From contig CAXXLZ010000002.1 in NCBI GenBank assembly GCA_963675595.2, positions 3,584,001-3,648,000 on the forward strand: a stretch of DNA of 64,000 bases. The letters are read 5' to 3'. A program made the translations under genes and the position numbers. This DNA comes from Thermodesulfobacteriota bacterium. GTDB taxonomy: Bacteria; Desulfobacterota; Desulfarculia; JACQYL01. The notes under the pieces are model-generated. The model did not search any database and was not told the DNA's origin. It was given only the letters and a program-made list of their open reading frames with translations. Below, one piece after another: positions 60,932-64,000 of this stretch (the first letter of the stretch is position 1; each line of letters starts with the position of its first letter).

Positions 60932-60960
60932 TTGCCTATATATGTACTTTCTGTTAATCT
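60932..60960 (+). promoter_or_regulatory. Putative promoter of array copy 5
   Basis: TTGCCT-17-TAATCT with TGn extension. Confidence 0.5.
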
Positions 60961-61089
60961 TCGTGAAGAGAGGTGCATCGACAACGAAATCGGTGCCGGA
61001 GGTTGGTTTCCGAGCAGGAGTTTGGCCTCGGGAGCAGAAAAAGCGGATGTCGTTTTACTTGCAGTTCCATTGTTATCAGGAGGGAGAGG

Positions 61090-62706
61090 ATGAAGGGATC
61101 TAGCAGGATGCTGTTGGCGTTGGCACTAGTGGGTGTGCTGACCATGGGAATGGCCGGGTCGGCCGGTGCCGGTGCGTACGGTGTTCCGGACCCCGTGCCG
61201 GGCGCTGTGGTAACCGGTTGGTTCGACCTGGAGGTGAGCGGTACGGATGACGTGCTTCCGGTGATCGTGAACATGGGTGGAAGCGCAAACCAGACGGTGC
61301 ATTTCGTCATATGGAATCGTTTGAGCGCTCATGTGTGGGACAAGAACATCACGTTGACTCCATGGGACGCTTCTCCCCAGGAGTTCGGCAACCTTCGAGG
61401 CGTCATCGAAAACGACATGGCCCAGGGCCAGAGAAACAACCTGAAGGTTACGATGACCTATGGGGACGGTACGACTTCCGAGCGCTACCAGGGTTACTGG
61501 ACGGCCGCCACGGTATACGAGTCGGTCACCGTGACCACTCCCTTGGAAATGTCCTATCCCCACGCCTACCTGAACAAGTTGGCGGGTTGGGTCTATCTGG
61601 TAGACATCGTCAAGGGTATCACGGACGGCTATCCCATGGTGTCCATTGAGGCCGCGACTCTGTGGGCCGGTGATCGTTATGCCGCGTTCATGCTGTCCCA
61701 GTCGGCGGACTATTTCAATCGCGCATGGTGGTGGAAAAGTAACACCGCACTGGACAAGAAGTACGAAGTGGTGGCCGGCGACAACCCCGGCGCCAACAAC
61801 ACGGCGGCCTGGTACTCCCGACTGTGGGATGAGACCCGCGATCGCTTCTTCGTGACCGCGGATATCGACGGCATTACCGTGAACCTGCCGACCGTTTTGC
61901 CCAAAGCCAAAGTGGACAAAGTATTTGAGCGTTTCGACGCAGTGGCGGGCATCAACTGTCAGTTGCTCTCCATGGGGCAGGGAATCGCCGGGGCAATCCT
62001 GGCTGGGGATGAGGCCCTCGACAAGACCGGAACTCTCGCACAGGGCGGTGACGATGTGTGGCTGTCGCGAAATCCGTCCGTGGGCCAGCTGCCCTATGAC
62101 GGCGGCACGGCGAGCAACGTGCTGGATCGGGGCGGCATGATCCTGCTGGGCCGTTTCTTCGCGGACGATAGCGGTCTGGTGGCCGACTATGTAAACCGCA
62201 TGATCATCTGGGCCGACAGCGACCAGGCCGTGAATAAGGTCAGGAGCGTGGTGCTGTTTGTGTGCGACGAAGAAGAGGGCTGCTTTTCCTTCCCGCTGGA
62301 TCTACCTTACGAACTGAATGTCATTGTGCTGGACGACGTGGTCGGCAACATTACGTCCGGGCACATCTATTTCCACACCCGTCAGATCGTGAATCCCAAC
62401 AGCAACAACCGGCAGGTTCCGTACTGGCGTGAAATAACAACCAACGGCGCCGATTTTCCCACCGGCACGGCGGGCTATGCCACCGCTTGGTACCCGGTGC
62501 TGGGTGGCGGCGACGCCTTTGAGCACGGGAACCAGTTGCAGCTTCTCGGCTGGACCCTCAACCTCGGTTTCGGGGAAGTCGTGGGCGGTTACGACACGAG
62601 CTGGAGTGCGGCGTTCCCCATGATTCGTCGCTACCAAGTGGGACCGGCAGACACGACGGCCCTGCGCCTCATACCATTGGACGGCGAGCTGAACAACGGC
62701 CATTAG
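61090..62706 (+). CDS. Secreted paralog copy 5 (most diverged; 18-aa insertion)
   Basis: ATG after AGGAGG; 538 aa; insertion after CQLLSMGQ. Confidence 0.85.
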   Translation: MKGSSRMLLALALVGVLTMGMAGSAGAGAYGVPDPVPGAVVTGWFDLEVSGTDDVLPVIVNMGGSANQTVHFVIWNRLSAHVWDKNITLTPWDASPQEFGNLRGVIENDMAQGQRNNLKVTMTYGDGTTSERYQGYWTAATVYESVTVTTPLEMSYPHAYLNKLAGWVYLVDIVKGITDGYPMVSIEAATLWAGDRYAAFMLSQSADYFNRAWWWKSNTALDKKYEVVAGDNPGANNTAAWYSRLWDETRDRFFVTADIDGITVNLPTVLPKAKVDKVFERFDAVAGINCQLLSMGQGIAGAILAGDEALDKTGTLAQGGDDVWLSRNPSVGQLPYDGGTASNVLDRGGMILLGRFFADDSGLVADYVNRMIIWADSDQAVNKVRSVVLFVCDEEEGCFSFPLDLPYELNVIVLDDVVGNITSGHIYFHTRQIVNPNSNNRQVPYWREITTNGADFPTGTAGYATAWYPVLGGGDAFEHGNQLQLLGWTLNLGFGEVVGGYDTSWSAAFPMIRRYQVGPADTTALRLIPLDGELNNGH

Positions 62707-62748
62707 AAACCGGGACCCGGCTGTTTGACGGCGGACTAAGCAAAGCCT

Positions 62749-62785
62749 GAACAGGGGGCTGGATGTTTCTCCCAGCCCCCTGTTC
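62749..62785 (+). terminator. Terminator-like hairpin after copy 5
   Basis: GAACAGGGGGCTGG...CCAGCCCCCTGTTC. Confidence 0.65.
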
Positions 62786-63305
62786 GTCGAAGCGTCAGGC
62801 CGCCGCCCTATGGATCATTTTCTCCGACTTGTTCGAGGATGATCATCCCACAGAAAACTCCGGACACTGCGTCGCCGGACACCACGATTTGTCAAGAGCC
62901 TTACGCAGCAGTTCCCCTGAGGCGAAGCACTCTCCAAAGCACACGGCTCATCCGCACAATCCTGATCGGTTCTCGCCGGCAACCGGAGAAGGCATGCACG
63001 ACTGATGAGGACGGCTTTGCCAAAGTGAAAGCATTGGTATTTCTTCCATAGGACGGCACACGTTGCAGAATCCAGAGGCTTTCTTAAGTGCGGACACAGA
63101 AGATAAAGCATGAATTCGGCGAGTGCTTCCGTTGGATCCGAAGAGCTTCCGAGGTAAATTCCGTTTCCTGGATGGGATGAGGCCAAGGAGCACGGAGTCG
63201 GGTATCCGGCGGTATCCTGCGTAAGAGAATGGAATGGGAACATGCACATCGTTTCAGTTCATAGGTGATCAATGAAATCAACATTATTGTAACGGGAGGG
63301 AAACG

Positions 63306-64000
63306 ATGAAGGGATTGAGAGGAACGTTGCCGGCTTTGGCCTTGGCGGCGGTTTTGATCTTGGGCTTTACCGGGGCGGCGAAAGCGGGGGCATTCGGCGT
63401 TCCGGACCCCACGCCGGGCGCCGTGGTAACGGGATGGTTCGATTTGGCGGTGGACGGCACGGACGATGTCCTTCCGGTTATCGTGAACATGGGAGGCAGC
63501 GCCGACCAGATCGTGCATTTCATTATCTGGAACCGTGAAAGCGCTCACGTATGGGACAAAAACATCACGTTGACGCCTTGGGATGCTTCTCCGCAGGAGT
63601 TCGGCAACATCCGCGGCGTGATCGAAAACGAAATGGCTCAGGGCCAGAGAAACAACCTGAAGGTCACCATGACCTACGCCGACGATACCACGGAGGAACG
63701 TTACCAGGGCTACTGGACGGCCGCCACGGTTTACGAGACGGTCACCGTGACCACGCCTCAGGAACTTTCTTATCCCCACGCCTACCTGAACAAGCTGGCA
63801 GGCTGGGTGTACTTGGTGGATATCGTCAAAGGAATTACGGACGGCTATCCCATGGTGGCCATTGAAGCCGCCACCCTGTGGGCCGGTGATCAGTATGTAG
63901 CCTTCATGCTGTCCCAGTCCGCGGATTACTTCAACCGCACTTGGTGGTGGAAGAGCAACACCGCAACCGACAGCAAGTACGCGGTGGTTGCCGCGGACAA
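63306..64000 (+). CDS. Secreted paralog copy 6, 3'-truncated by the window edge; absent from the ORF track
   Basis: GGAGG RBS; manual translation MKGLRGTLPALALAAVLILGFTGAAKA|GAFGVPDPTPG...WWWKSNTATDSKYAVVAAD, open to the end of the window. Confidence 0.88.
   Translation, partial: MKGLRGTLPALALAAVLILGFTGAAKAGAFGVPDPTPGAVVTGWFDLAVDGTDDVLPVIVNMGGSADQIVHFIIWNRESAHVWDKNITLTPWDASPQEFGNIRGVIENEMAQGQRNNLKVTMTYADDTTEERYQGYWTAATVYETVTVTTPQELSYPHAYLNKLAGWVYLVDIVKGITDGYPMVAIEAATLWAGDQYVAFMLSQSADYFNRTWWWKSNTATDSKYAVVAAD

Noticed and set aside
51151-64000. Diversity-generating retroelement or shufflon as the source of variation
   Set aside because: No reverse transcriptase or recombinase in the window. 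Differences are not adenine-specific and include indels, and all copies are co-oriented with no obvious inversion sites.
50900-64000. CRISPR-like repeat/spacer array
   Set aside because: The repeats are whole 1.5-kb genes and terminators. No 25-45 bp regularly spaced repeats or cas genes were seen.

Overview
GC-rich bacterial chromosome segment. Gene order and content suggest an anaerobic Desulfobacterota (Deltaproteobacteria); this is inference. Bases 1-31 kb are mostly housekeeping genes: yceD-rpmF-plsX, fabG-acpP-fabF, glyA-nrdR-ribD-ribE-ribBA-ribH-nusB-leuS-lptE, rpsT and priA-def-fmt-rsmB. In the fatty-acid operon, the usual fabH-fabD slot holds an acyl-CoA dehydrogenase plus a bifurcating-type EtfB and a ferredoxin-fused EtfA. 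Bases 31-42 kb are accessory genes: a WbpB-WbpD-like fusion, an orphan TRAP solute-binding protein, a diguanylate cyclase with duplicated EF-hand-like sensor modules, a CsgG-like/PEGA protein and an RND pump. Bases 42.7-64 kb form a cell-surface locus: glycosyltransferases, PIG-L, GNAT, divergent wzt/wzm and two lipoproteins, then a tandem array of at least six near-identical ~520-aa secreted-protein genes (putative S-layer/major envelope protein). The five complete copies each have their own predicted promoter and terminator and show mosaic variation at discrete sites. A glycan-type methyltransferase and an in-frame 46-codon C-terminal mini-copy lie between copies 1 and 2. No rRNA, tRNA, CRISPR array, transposase or reverse transcriptase was recognised. 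All functional calls come from motif recognition by eye, without database searches.
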